Both the position numbers and the translations under genes were made by a program. From Chrysomallon squamiferum (taxonomy: Eukaryota > Animalia > Mollusca): a stretch of 64,000 bases of DNA. This document shows, in pieces, positions 13,683-29,100 of this stretch. The notes below the pieces were generated by a model that worked only from the letters and a program-made list of their open reading frames with translations, was not told where the DNA came from and ran no database searches. How positions within the stretch are numbered: the stretch's first letter is position 1; the number at the start of each line of letters is the position of its first letter. The DNA lies in assembly GCA_012295275.1 (NCBI GenBank), contig CM022671.1:20956001-21020000 (forward strand). The letters are read 5' to 3'.

Positions 13683-14764
13683 ACAAAAATGATAAAAGAG
13701 AAAAAGAAAACAAGTAATTAAACATATACATGTACATTCCACTAAAATTCAAAAACATTTTGTAACAAGACAAAATAAATTACAGGTTACACAACATTTA
13801 TAACAGACACTATATAATGATCAATTACTGAGCTGAATAAAAGTGTGCAATTTAACACTGTTTAAACATGTAATAAATTAATAATTATGACATAATAAAG
13901 ACATTTTACTAAAAAAAAAAAAGTTTTATATTCTTAATAAAATACCAAATCTAACAGAGATTAATTAAATTCATCAGATTTTCTTGACCCCAAGTTACAA
14001 AATTTCATATCAGTGTTTCTACATCACATTTATAAGAATTATTTTTTCACAAACACTCTTTGTAAACACAATATAACATAAATTACTTTTACATGATTAT
14101 AAATCAAATAATAATTCATCACCATTATTTTGTAACAGAATACACTCACTGTGTATTTAATATTTACAACATTTCAGATTTCTTTATATTTTAAAACATT
14201 TTTATTCATTTATTTCTTTTTTGGAGACACAAATGCGAATATTCCCAAAGGTGTACATGATCCTTAAATGATTATGTAGCAAAATCAGGTTACTAATAGC
14301 ACTGCCTGATTATAATTATTAACTGTACAGAGAAGCAAATCTAAACATTCTCTATCATTAAGGGGTCAGGAAACTACATTTTAGTCTGAAGTAAACTTTC
14401 GGCTGCAATATCAAAGCAATGTGCTAAAGCTTCTGAATAGGTAAACATCTTAAAAACAGCACTATCTCTGCTTTATGTACTCTTTTTAGGAGCCAGTCTG
14501 ATATTTTAAAAAAAAAAGTAATTTTTTTTTTACTGTAACAGCTTAATTATAGCAAATAAAAGTTAAAACAGGCAATGTTAAAAAGCAAAAAGTGAAAAAA
14601 ATAAAATAAAATAAAAAAATTAAATATGTTTTGCTAGTTTGCTCTTTGTTTTCGACAGAGATATCCAGTGTCTGAACTGAAGGTAAAAACTGCACTGAGC
14701 ATGATTCAAGTCTCCTGTGATTACTGTAACACATCAGATACACAACTAATGTGGAGAGTTAACA

Positions 14765-17644
14765 CTAAGATGTAAAGATGAGATTTCTTTTCAAGCCAGT
14801 CACCAAAGCTGGTTTGTGTCTGTAGTATTCTGTTGCTGATCCCACCAGGAATACATTGAGGCCATGATAGAAAAACCTAAGGAAATTAAAAAAAAAATAT
14901 TTGAAAAATTCTTTTGTTTGTGAAAGAAGAGAACTAATACCAGAGTTAAAACACACCAATGTATTCCACCATACTAACACATGCAAACACAAACACACAC
15001 TCATCCATACCATGAACATACAGGGACATACACACACATCCATACACATAACCATGCACACCAAAAAACATTGAAACTGGATAAATATAAAATAAAATAC
15101 GTAATAAATTAAATAAATAAATAAATAAAAAACAGTGTAAATTATTTTTGTTTTAGTTGTAGCGGTCTTTATGAAATATATTTTTTTCAGGATTTTTTCT
15201 TCTTCTTCTTTTTATTTATTTATTTATTATTTTAATTTTATTTAATTTTATTTTTTTATTGTTGCTGTTTTTTGTCATTTCTTGTGACATCTTCTAAAAA
15301 TTTAAAACAAAAATAAAATAAAATTACCATGAAATAAACTGAAATATTATTTTAATTTTTTTTTTTCCTTTATTTTATTTATTTTTTATTTATTTTAATT
15401 AACTTATTTTTTTCTTCTTTTTTTTAATATAAAATCTGATATACCTTAATAATCCTTTGTGAAGGTTTCTTGGTTTGTGGTTTTTCACTGAAAACAATCC
15501 AAAACACTCACAGAGTTTTCTCAGCAATGTGTAATCATCTGGTCCCACTTGTTCATAATAAACAACAAAAACGTGACTGAAATAAATAAAAATGTTCTAA
15601 AAAAACCTGTTTATTTTGCATTAAAAATTATTATTAAACTGTCTTACATTTGTGCAAATACAAAAACAATTAAAGCTTAATTTCTGCAGTTTTAAAAAGT
15701 ACTTCATCAAACAAATAAAAAAAAAATAATAATAAAAAAGATGTCTATATATTTAATAAATAAATAAATATTAATCAGTAATAAATAAATAATAAATGCT
15801 AATGAAAAATAGTGTTCTCGTATTTCTAATAATATTTGACTGTTATCCAGTTGAGGAACTATTTTATTTATTTATTTTTTGTGTTGTTGTTGTTGTTGTG
15901 GTTGTTGTTTAAATTACTGAAATTCACAACAAAAATAAACTTAGTTGAAGAATTTTAAAAATTGGGTTAGTATGGCACTGCCATTTCATCAGCATTTTCA
16001 GGAAGTGTACATTTATAAAGAAATAGTTTAAATTTTTTAATTTAATTTTTAATATTTATTTCCAACGTGAAAAATCAATAACTTTAATTCAGATTAATTT
16101 CTGTCAGTTAAAAAATTTAAAATGATCGAAATTCACCGCCACTAATGAGAAATTCATTTTTCATTCATCTTTATAAAAATACAAAAATATAAAATAAAAT
16201 AATAAAAAATAAAATGAAAATAAATAAATAAATAAAATAATATAAAAAGTATAATAATAGCAATAAAATAATAATAATAATAATATCAATTAATAATGAA
16301 AACAATAACAACTTTAATAATAATAACAATAATTTGTGGGGGTGGGGGTGGGAAATAGATATTAACTGTGACAAGTTATAACAACTTCAATGAAATCAGT
16401 AATCTAATCTTTTAAAAGCTTTAGTTTAGAACAGGATAAAAATGGATTTACTTGGGTTCGTTGGGAAGCTCTGGATTGAATGGTTTCTTGTACAGCAGAC
16501 ACTGCACCAAGTTGCGAGTTGGGAAACTAACACTGTTAGCTAGAGCCGAGTTCAAATATTCCTCATACAGTTCTGCTGTCAGATTGTTTAGTCCTTCCAG
16601 CTTCACTGCCGGCTCACTGTCAGACAGAAAATATATTAACAAATTAATGATACAGGATGAAAATAAAAGCATAAATTAATAATAATAGTGCTAAAAACAA
16701 ATTAAGACGTAAATAACAGAGAATGAAAATATATGAATGAATTTGATAATAGTTTCGGTAAACTAATTTACAGATTAATAATATGACATGAAAACAAATT
16801 AATAATTTAATAATACAGTGAGAAAACAAATTAACTAATTAATAATACACAATGAAAAAACACGAAAAACATTTGGGGCAAAAAAGAAAGAAAAATAGAA
16901 GCAAATTAATAAAACATTTTGAAAATAAATTATTAAAATTAATAAAAAAAAAATCATGAAAATAAATTAACTAATTAATAAAACATGGTTTGAAAATGTA
17001 TTAAGTAAGTAACTGTTGACTATTCTAAAAAGATTTTCACAACTGATAATTTTTCTTTTGATTAAGACTTTTTTAAACAAGAATAACACTTTTATAAACG
17101 TCTAGAAACAGATATGTTGTTGACACTTTCTGATATTGCTAAATGATCATGTCTTCAGTAAAAATTTTAATTAATTAAAAGACGAGGGGTGACTGCAGTG
17201 AAAAAGAATTTTAAATAAGATTTTCAGTCAGTTGGTCTCTCCTTTTATATTTTTGTTTTGGGAGGTGAGGATTTATTTCATAATAAGAAAGTGCATTAAC
17301 AGCTAAAGACTACATCAAAAATATATTGTAAACTAACTGTAGTTAGCTTTAATTTTGTATTTCTTCCATGAAGCTGTGAGAAACTGATCCAAATTATCTT
17401 TATTTCCATGTTTCAACTTATGACATTCACTGATTCAGATTATGACCAATATATGAATTCCTTTTTCACTAAGTAACATTCTCTTGATAGGGCAATTGTC
17501 TTAAGAAATTAAATTTTTACACTTAAAGTTGTTACAATGCTACTGCATTAATGAAATAATAAATTAATATTTGTAACACTATGAAACAGAAAGAGTATGT
17601 TTCTCAACAACAGAAAAAAGACAGATAAAGTAACATGCACATGC

Positions 17645-17693
<49 letters not shown>

Positions 17694-19115
17694 AAATACA
17701 CAACCACACACAAGTAAAATGCACTTACAGATTGGTAGCTCTTGGTTTGTGGAAAAGTTGTTGTATAAAGTCTTCTTCGCCATCATTTCCTTGATAGCGC
17801 TGACGAAACACTCTTGATACATCAGGAACAAGAATCTCAGCTTTCATTACATTTCCCAGATTCCATCCATGCCAGGATCTGCCATAGATAATTACAAAAT
17901 TTATAAAACAACAGCAATAACAAAAACAAATGGTGGTGAACATTAAACATCAGCAAATTTAGAGATGCCTACTGAAGTATTATAAAATATCTGAAAATAA
18001 AAAAATTTAAAATGAAATATTTAAAAACATAAATTAAGCTTACTATTTGTCAATAATTACCATTAATTACTGTTAATCTCTAACCTCATTGAAGAAATAT
18101 TTATATTTTATACCTCGTCAAAACTTTGTAACAACCAGATTCTGTAATTTAAAATATAATTATACTATGATTTATAATGGACAGTTTCTAATCCAGTTCT
18201 GATTCTGTAAATTTATTGTTAAAATTAAACAGGAGATATGGGTTTAGCCATAAATCTTTTAAGTTTTTAAAACTGATGGAAAAACAAAGACAATTCAATT
18301 AAAATATAAAAGAAAAGAAAATGAAACAACAAAAACAAAAATATACAATGATGTGATAAGATATATACGTTTAATGACTAAATCCTAGTCCTTTAGAAAA
18401 ATGGGAATTGCCAACTCAAACAATGATGCATAAAGGGTTGTGTCACAATAACTTAAATAATTAAATTAATTAATTCTTAAACATTTAGCCAGTTCATCAG
18501 TAGTATAAGAAGGAAATCGAATCCATTAGTCATTTGGGGCTTTTAACATAGCAATTTCTAACATGACACTGACTTGAAACACTAAACAGTTTGTGTAAAA
18601 TCAATAAATATTGATGAAATTAATTCTGTCTTATGTTACCTTTATTACTATTACCAAAGATTATGACCTGCATAAAAGTCCCTTCTGTGATATAGTATTA
18701 TTTCTCATGTTAATGCGAAACTGTCATCAGACAAAGCAAAGAAATTCATTAAAATTACTGTCTCTAAAACAGCCATAAATTTTGAATAAATGTCACTCAT
18801 AGTACTTGAGATATATACTTTTGAGTAAAAAACAAAAAAACATGATGTGATACAAGCTTCAGGATTAGAATCAAACAAATAACAATCTGATGAGATGTAT
18901 AAAAAGTAGTAAAAAAAGAATGATAAAGATTTTACAATCTATTTCTTATTGTTTTCAGAAAAAATAAAATGTATTCTTTTACTTTTTCATTTATTTTACT
19001 TTTTCTTTTTCTTTTTTTAAAGAGTGCTGTACACATACATACTTAAAAAGTGAATGATTAAGTTGTGTATGTTTCTGGATTTATTTCTTATTGTATTATT
19101 TGTTATTAGAATTTT

Positions 19116-19163
<48 letters not shown>

Positions 19164-22100
19164 TTTTATGATATATCTTTATTTATTATTATATTTTTTT
19201 ATTTAAAATTTTCTTTTTTAAAGATTTTTACAGATGTACAGACTTAAAATGATAAAGACATATAAGTTTTTGTAACTTTTGTTATTAGAATTTATTTAAT
19301 CTTTTTATTTGTTTTAAATTTTCTTTTTCTTTTTCTTTTTTGTTTTAAAAACAGATTCCATTGTTTTTTAACACTTCCAAACAGGACATCATTAAAAATA
19401 AATAATAAAAACAATAATGATCTAAATACAGCTAATCTGCTGGTAATATAATAAATAAATGACATGCATGAATATAATGCAAGGTTTTACCTTTCATTGC
19501 AGCACTTGTTAAGAGATGAAGCTAACACAGATTTCATGTACTTCAAATTCAACAAAAATCCAAGTCCAGGAAATTCTTCAACTCTGTAAACTGCATGTTG
19601 GTTGCCAGCCAGTACTTCATAGCCTGTTTTTTAAATACTTAACATTTTGCATTGTAAATCAATTACTTCAAAATGTCCATCTTAAATACATTACTTCAAA
19701 CTTTCTATTTTCAATACATAACTTCATGATTTGTATTTTAAGTACAATATTTCAAAATTTGTGTATTAAATACATATATTCACATGTATTTTATATAAAT
19801 CATTCCATAATTTGTGTTTAAAATACATGACATCATAATATGTTTTTTTTAATATAGTACATCATAACTTGTATTTTAAACATATGTCCTTTAAATACTT
19901 CAAACATTTCATAATTTATAATTCAAATACAATACTTCATGCTTAGTATTTTAAATATATGATTTTATAAAAGTGTTTTTACTACAATATTTCATAATTT
20001 TCTTTTTAAATATACAACTTCACAATTTGTATTTTAAATACATGACTTTATAGTTTATATTTTAAATACATGACTTCACAATCTGTTTTACAAATACATA
20101 TTTTTAAATAGTGGTTTGTTTTAGCCCTTTTTGTTTTTTGTATATTAAATACATCTTCATAAACAACTTGTTAAATAATATAATCTAAAAAGAAGAAAAA
20201 GAATTGGAAAAAAAAGAATTTACTGTAATCATTTTACAAATATACATAGAAAATTAATTTCATAATTATAAATTACATATATATTTTTTATTATTATTAT
20301 CTACTTTTCAGATTCTTTCTGCTATAACCTACATATCATATTACAACAGTTCTGTTCTCATTTTAATTTCTCTTTTATTATCAAAAATATTTATTATTAT
20401 TATTGTTATTTTTAATTTTCAGGAAATGACAAAAAAATAAAAAAAAATAAAAAGAAAGGAATGAAATACAATATCAGATTGTAGTTTTGCAAAATCAAAA
20501 AAAAAAAAGAAAGAAAGAAAAACAATGTTTTATTGACACATTATAATTATCTATTTTTGCAAAGTTAGAAAAAAAGACAAATAATTTATGAACTATTAAA
20601 AAACATCATGAAGTCAGTGATTTTATTGTGCACTGTTAGGAAGATGACTCACTGTTGTAGTTCCAGGCTGACACACCAAGCAGAGAAGAGTCTGAATTGA
20701 GAATATCAAGAAACTGAGCCATGAAGTGAAGGAAGTCTGGAGAAAGCAGCAGCTCTTCTTCCAAAACTATCACATAGTCCTAAAGAAAAAAAAAAAAGGA
20801 AGTTTTTTTCACCAAAACTATTATATAGTTATTAAAAAAATTAAAATAAATAAAAAAGACAAAGATTATTCTTCCAAAAGTATCACACAGTGTCTGTGTG
20901 TGTTTGTGTTTAGCTATATATTTGAATCTATTTGATTTTTAACATCAGTTACTACAATAAAAATATCACTCACTTCTAAACATAAATCTTTACTTTTCGG
21001 TGGCAGCTGTTTTTTGTCATGAACCGTAGACCAGTTTTATTGTACATATTTAATCATTCAACTGAAAACATGTAAAGAGGGCACAACATTTCTTTTGCCA
21101 TCTTCATTTTCTTAGCTCTACAATTATTTACTTACTACAATAATAGTAAATTATGAAAATGACACAGAACTGACATACTGATTTTGGATACAAATTTTCA
21201 ATTTTCTTTAAAGCTTTGATCATTTGCTCTGAAAATATAAAAAAGAAAATAATAATCATGGTGTTGATATCACTGTAGCAACAATACCTAAAAATCATGA
21301 TTCATTAATTTTTCTGTAGACTGAACTTACATTTTTAAAATGAAATTAAGATCTTGTGTCACACATAATCTATTATAAATATAAAAATTATCATGTTTTT
21401 TTTAGCCTGAATAATCCATAACAGAATAGAAAACATTTCATTTTTTGTCTAAATTAATTTAATGCATTACTGCAGTGCTTCTTTAAAAGTACAAAATATC
21501 AAATAAAAGAATATATTAAAAAATAATTTAAAAATACATATAAAAAGGTAAGGAAATGAAGATTAAGAAAAACCATACCGGAGTATTTAGTGCTGCTTGG
21601 CAAACTGGAGTTGTTGAAGCCATATAAATAAGCCAGTTCACCATGTTCTGGATATTTCTCATCCCACATAACCTGCAACATGCAAGAGTAAATGACAACG
21701 GTATTAATTCAATTACTCATTTTACATGTCAGTTGTCAGTGCTGAAGACAAGTGACTCCTATTCAACAGCTTTACATGCATACAAAAAGAAGATGGTTCA
21801 GCTGTTGGAAACAAATATGTCTAATGATGATGGTAACGATAATGATGGTGAACATAATGATAATAGTGTTGACCATGACAACAACAACAACAACAACAAC
21901 AGCAATAAACTAATTAGTTGTAAAGATAATAAAGTTGTACTGTTAAAAACAGTAATAAAAAGTGTGAATAAAATGATTAAAAACTAAAATAAAGCAATTA
22001 TAATAATTATTAATAAAACAAGTACTCCTGTCTATTTCAATAAATATTTAATAAATTCACTTTAATATATACATGTTGTAAATAATGAACTGTTACATTG

Positions 22101-22941
22101 TTGCCATTAATAAGTAAAATTCAGTATATTCTATTTTATTTTTGAAATGTTTCAGACTGTACTGCTAAAGAGAAAATCATGCATCTTGTCATAATAAAAT
22201 CATAATATCCTATTTAGATTTTAATATTTAATTGTTACTCATTACACTAAAATGACCTTTTTTCACAATACATCAAAGACAAGATATTGTATCCAAGCAA
22301 TCAGTGAATTAATAGAAACTCATAGAGTCTTCATCTTACTTTAATGATAATAATTAATATACCTTTCTTTCTTTTTTTTTTTTAAATAATAATGCAAAAT
22401 GACTAGTTAAAAGAAAAAACAAACTGTTAAATGATCATGTCCAGTTAATTAAAAACTTATTTCATCAAAGTTACATTGCAGTTACTACCAAATAAGCTCG
22501 GTCAACTATATTAAGAAATTACTGACAAAAGCAAAAATAGCTGTCTGCTTACAGAAACCATTTTAGGTTGAATGCCTGGCTGCATCAGTGTTGTTTCCAG
22601 AGTTCGAACAAGAGCATTGTGGTTTAGTCCTGAAAGGTAATTTAAAAACAATGCACATTATTATGCACAAAATAATATAATAATGATAACATTATCATTA
22701 TTATTATTATTGTTATTTTCTCAACTTTATAACATAAATTAATTATTGACAAAACAAAAATATTTTGTATAGATTTTTTTTTTAATGTAGTCAGTAAATT
22801 TTATTTTCTAAATTCACTAGAATTCTACACTATAATACACTAAGCTACTGAATTTGGATTTTAAAATTTATATTATACCTTACAGTGTAGGATTTAAAAC
22901 AGCCCTCACAAATTATATTTCTAAATGTTAATAACAGAAGT

Positions 22942-22986
<45 letters not shown>

Positions 22987-23095
22987 ACAAAAATACCTGG
23001 AACAACAGCAATAGGAACAGAAAATATAGGATGTTGGCTGAATGACTGGTTAACCACACCAACTGGTTTATGGAATTCATCAACATGTGAGGCTG

Positions 23096-23135
<40 letters not shown>

Positions 23136-26100
23136 ACATTTTTTTAAAATACTGTGAACTGAAATTTATGAAAGAAAAAAAAAAAGACTGATAAAAACCA
23201 TAAAAATATTTATTACTGAAGTTTATGTCATCTTTTCAAAAAACATTTCATTTCCAGGCTTTGTCCATGCTTTTTAAACCCACCATGTTCATTCAGAGTA
23301 ATAATAATAGCAGTAATAGTAGTAATGCTAGTAGTAACAGTAGTAAAAGTATTGGTTAAGTATAGTAGTTTTAATATTAATATTAGCAGCAGCAGCAACA
23401 GCAGTAGTAAAACTATAAATACTATTACAATTATAACAACATATTGCATGACTCAAGTATACGGTGATCTTTATTTACGATTTTCTATAAATATGTAACA
23501 TCAAATAAAATTTTGTATTTTACACAATCAGTCAAATTCTCCTATCAAATAATTAGATAATTATTTTTTGACTTGTAAGCTGTTTTGATCTGAATATTAA
23601 AAACAATACTTACGATCACAATATTCAAAATAGCCATCGTATTTCTCACAAAAGTGGCGTCGTGCATCATTTCTAAATACATCAGGATCAGGAACTATTG
23701 TCTGGCCAATAACTGAATATCAAAAACAATAAATCTTTTTCTTAAGTATTCTTTTCTTTTTTTCAGTACATAACAACTTTTGTATTACTAATTAATATGA
23801 AAATTAAACAAATAAAAGTATTCTATTAAAGATTTGATAACTGTAAATCATTATATTACTGCATCACTAGTTCAACCTCACATTTTCAATTGCGAAATTA
23901 AAACTCAGTTTTTTTTTTCCTTATTTTTGCTGATTTGTGCGAGACAACACAATATTTGATTTTCATTATTTTCATTAATAAAATTAAAATTATTTTTTAG
24001 TTAATAGCATAAACATACTAACAAGACACTATCTTCCTATGTCCCTCCCCACTCTCTCTCTTTCACCTTCCCTCCCTCTCTCACTCTCAAATAACATAAT
24101 ATTGAAATTATTAATATCAATTTTTAAATTTTTAATTTAACTTTTCTTACTGATGGTAGGGACACAAAATGCTGCCTTCAATGGTTTGGGCCATTCCCCT
24201 TCAAACCCTGCATAACTTATCTGTAATGACAAAACAAATATTTTAACTGTCAGTTGTGACTCCTTCCACTATATGCCGATCTGTGGTTTTACTTCATAAT
24301 CAAAATCAAAGAAAACATAATACAATTTTGATACCTATCACATTTCTAAAATATAGAATAAATAAAATATAGAATAAAATTTAATAAATATCTGTATATA
24401 TCTAAATTGTTTAGCTCTTTTTTTTTTTTTTCTTCTATAATTTTTTGGGGAGTTTAAACTTCATTTTCAAATTAATTATATTTTTAAAAAAGCACATATG
24501 AGAATGAAGAACAAAATCTTAACTGTTTTGGGAATTTAGTAGTATTAATAGTAGAATCAGTGGTGGTAATAGTAGTAGTATCAGAAGCAGTGGTGGTAGT
24601 AGTAATAGTAGTAGTAATACTATAGCAATAACTGTAGCAAGTAGTAGTAATGATAGTAGCATCTTAATAGCAGTTGTATCAATAGTGCTGGTGTTTGTGG
24701 TAATAGTACTAGTATTATCATTATTATTAGCAGGTAGTAATGATACAATAGAAGAGCAGTAGTGGCAATAATGGTGATAATATTGGTAGCAGCAGCAGTA
24801 CTAGGATTAGCATACTGCAGTGTAAAAAATAATTATGCAAAACTAATCACCTTTTCTAATTTGGTAAAACCTTTAATTCCTTTCTGTCCAACAAAGTACC
24901 AAACATCTCTGAAGCGAAGGTTCTGAATAAGACCACTGCCCAACTTGTTGAGGAGTTCTTGTGCCATGTAGCTTAGTCTGAAACAAAAATACTTTTTTTA
25001 AATTATTATTATCGAACTTTAAGTAAATCAGTAACAACATTCAGGAAATTCCGTAACAGTCAAAATTAATTGTAACAGTTAATGTATCCAAAAAATTTAG
25101 TGGATGTTTTTCATCTAATCTAACATTTACACTCATCTTTTTCTAATGCTTTTGTTAAAAACATTTCTCACAGAATGAAATAAAACATTTATTATGTCTG
25201 TCACAAAGAAATGAAATTAATTATTCTTTAGTAATCAAAATATAGAAAATTTAACTTGATAGTTCATTTTGTTTTTAGAAAATATATGAATGTTTTAAAA
25301 AGTATGCATCTTGTTACTTAAAAATAAAAATTATAAATTACTTTTTGGCTCCATCATCAGCAACAACAGCGATTACAATATCTCCATCAGCCAATGATTC
25401 AAGAAAAATCTCTAAATCTGTGCTGTCTGAAATAATAATAAAAAAAGTTAATTCCATTTTCTAACATTTAAACTGTGACTATCTGGCAACATGACAGTAA
25501 TTTCCTTTGTTATTATAACTATTATTTAATTTTTTTTTTTTACTTTATCACTAGTTCAAGTTAAACAGTAACTTGAAAGTACAAAAAAATGAGTTTAAAT
25601 CATGTATGTTAATTATTAAACGTAATTTTTAATATACTGATACTATTAAGTGTAATAAAAATAAATTCATAAAAAAAAAAATAGAATAAATTACTGAATC
25701 AATTAATGTTTATTTTAGAAACAAAACATTTAAACCCATTTTTAAACTGAAAGAATTAACAATCTACATATAAGTAACTTTAAGGTATGATTAATCATAG
25801 CGAGAAATCTTAGCAAATAATAATTCAAAGTAACACAGCAATAATAATAATAATTATAATAATATAATGATAATGAATAAACAGAGCTCTAAACATTATT
25901 AAATATGTTTATTATTATAATTGGGTATTAACTTAATTCAAATAATCCAAGCTTACCATATGTATATGTATCTACTCTGGTCAACATTTTGGCTCTACCA
26001 GTCTTGTTATCAACAACAGCCACATTAAAGCCTCTACCTGCATTATTTAAATTTTCTGCCATAACCCTGAAACAATTTACACAAGACAATTATGAACTCA

Positions 26101-29100
26101 TATATCCAAAAAAGACATATTAGAAAAAAAGTTAGTTATATAATACAAAATGTGAATAAAAAAAATATTTTACTTTAATATTAAAATTAATGCTGCAGAA
26201 GTATTTAATATTATGAACAACTGTAACAAAGTCAGTTGAATGTTTGACACTCAGAAGTTATCTCCCTCTAGCTGCTCAGTTTGGTTTTGTATTTTTAACT
26301 TAGGATTTTTAAATTTTTTTATTTGTTTTTTTTTATCCCTTAAACGGATTTAGACACACATATATACATGGCAGTATGCTGTGCTAGATTTCAGCTTAGT
26401 TATTGCTCAACTTTATTCTGTTAGTATTTGTCAAAGATAGTTTTACCACATCAAAGGATGACATAACTATACAAGTAACTGCTTACACTCTCCCACTGAC
26501 ACAAATCTCTGGCTGCTTTTCATTTGCATGTCCTGTGTACACACTGACTGGAAACATCTGGCTGTCACAGGATTCCGTCACGCCACAGTTTGGAACAGTA
26601 GGCCCTTTCACCAGCTGGTATCCTACGATAATGGTAGGAAGCATGACCTGCAAGCTTCGTTTTGCCCCCACTGTGATAACAAAATTAATTTTCTTTAATA
26701 TTATACAGTCATATAGCAAACATTTTTATATATATATAAATTTGTCATAGTCTTTATTCTGGATCACTAAATGATGAAAAACAAGAGGAAAATAGTTGCC
26801 TTTAACAGTAATGGACAGTTTTAAAAATAAAAGTAAATTCAATTAAATAATGGCATAAATAAATTTTAGCATTTATTAATAAAAAAAACATTTATTTTAT
26901 TTTATCTTATTACTTGAGGACCATTATAATGGTTTTTGAAAAGTAATTATATAATTATTTTAACTATCTGCTCTACAAAATATTCTGAAAATATGGAATT
27001 ACAAATAAATAAATAAATATATTTTAAACTTACATGGTACTGAGAAGCACCCAGCCTTCTCAACTACTTTCGCAAAGTCTTCACTTTCTTTCTTGCTTAC
27101 CTTTTATTTATTAAAAAAAAACACCTCTACATAACATTAAATTACACCAACAAACAGAAAAATAAATAATAATAATAATAATAGTAACAGTAACAGTAAC
27201 AGTAACAATAAAAATAACAAGAGAAGTAACAATATAAATAAATAAACATATAAATAAATAAATGAATAAATGAATAAATAAATAACTTTACAGAATCTAA
27301 TAATGCCATCTTGCCACAAAGTCAATAATGTTATATATCATTTATTTTTTAAGAATAATAATAAATGTTTTGCAAGACTTCCAACAGATTTTAATGTTAC
27401 AGTTTTCACATTTTGTTAAAACAGCAAAATTCACAAACTGATCTTCATAGTTCATATATGGATTTATGTTCTGAAATTATTAAATATTTACAGAGTTTAT
27501 ATTTTATTTTCTGACTTGGAAATATTAATACAGTTACATATATAATCTTTAATAATTTCTCAGCTATCAGATAGAAAATATAATGCATTATACATTAACA
27601 ACATATAATTATAAAACAGAAAAATAAAAAGGCAAATTCAAATAAATAATATTATAATCATTTTGTGCATCTGTTTTATGTGCACAGAATTAGTTTTCTT
27701 ATCTCAATTTTATCATGCATTACTTAGTATTATATAAAAAAAAAAGTACATGTAAATTATGACAAATGTGAGAAATGTAATTACAAATTCAATGGCATTT
27801 CCTTCATGTAGACCTTTCTGACCAATGAGAAGAAAGCTGTCCCTGAATTGCAAGCTGTCAGCTAAACTACTCCCATACAGTTTCAACCAGTTCCTGCCAT
27901 CTTCTTTCAAACTTTAGAAAGAAAATCCATACAGGACATATAATAAAGCCTATCTTTTAAACTCATCAGGTAATTTCTTATAAAATAAAAATCAAGATTG
28001 TACAAAGCAACAGTATAAATTTAGAAAGAAGCATCCACGTGTTTATTACATTTTTCTCTTATTTAATGACAGTACATTTTACAGAAACCTCAAAATTACT
28101 GAAATATTAAAATCAGATAAAAATTTTAAAAACTGATAAAAAGTAAATAACTATGATATTTACTTTCCAGAGATTTCATCAAAGCTGGCCATTAGTACAA
28201 TGTGATTTTGCTGTACAGTTTTTTTCAGAAAACGTATCAGTCCTGTATCTAGATAAAATTTAAAATAAAAAATCATATTATTTATTTCTACCAGTTAATA
28301 TGTATACACAATGAAAATAATATTTTCAGTATTATTCAAATCTTGCAATTTTTCAAACAAGCCATTTAATAATTTAATATAAAAATGTTTGTTTCATATA
28401 TAATTTAGTTATAAGGAAAGAGTTCAGTCAATCTGAATATTTGTTCTTTTCCTCTTCAAAAATATAAATAAATAAATTTTAAGAACAATCCATTATGTGC
28501 ACAAATAAAATAGCAAAAATTTACCAAAATATTAAGCCAGCAATTTTGTAATATTTTGTTTTAAAAAATAAAAGCTTTCAGATTTTTTTACTTTATAATA
28601 AACAAAAGAAATAAAATATAAAATATTTACTACTGTTTTAATAATTTATTAACATACCTTCAAGATATGTGTCAAAAGTCTTGACATGAATTACTTCTAA
28701 AGTTTTTTCTAGCAAAACAATATGAAGAAAGAATATTAGAAACATATAATTATATAATAAAATGATTTTATTGCTTATATACTGTCTTGAAATATATTAA
28801 CATTTTTGTAACTATTATGGTACTGAGATCATGCAAATTATAAAACTAATTTTTTAAGATAAATTTATTTAATCTTCTTTCGATATCAGACACAAAGAAA
28901 ACTAATTTTAACTGCAGTTTGGTGAAGTCATTTGCTTTCTTAATTATTAGTCATGAAGCTAAATAGGTAATTAAGAAAAGAAAAACATATTTACTTACCA
29001 TTCACACTAACAACATTCAAACCCCTGCCATAGTTCTTCAACTCAGGACTAATTAATCTGAAATAGTCATTCCACTATTAAATATTAAAAATGTAATTCG

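Noticed and set aside
19625-20110. Regularly spaced ~28-35-bp repeats as a CRISPR-like array (also 61160-61553)
   Set aside because: Units are contiguous and degenerate with no unique spacers, in a eukaryotic intron, with no cas genes.
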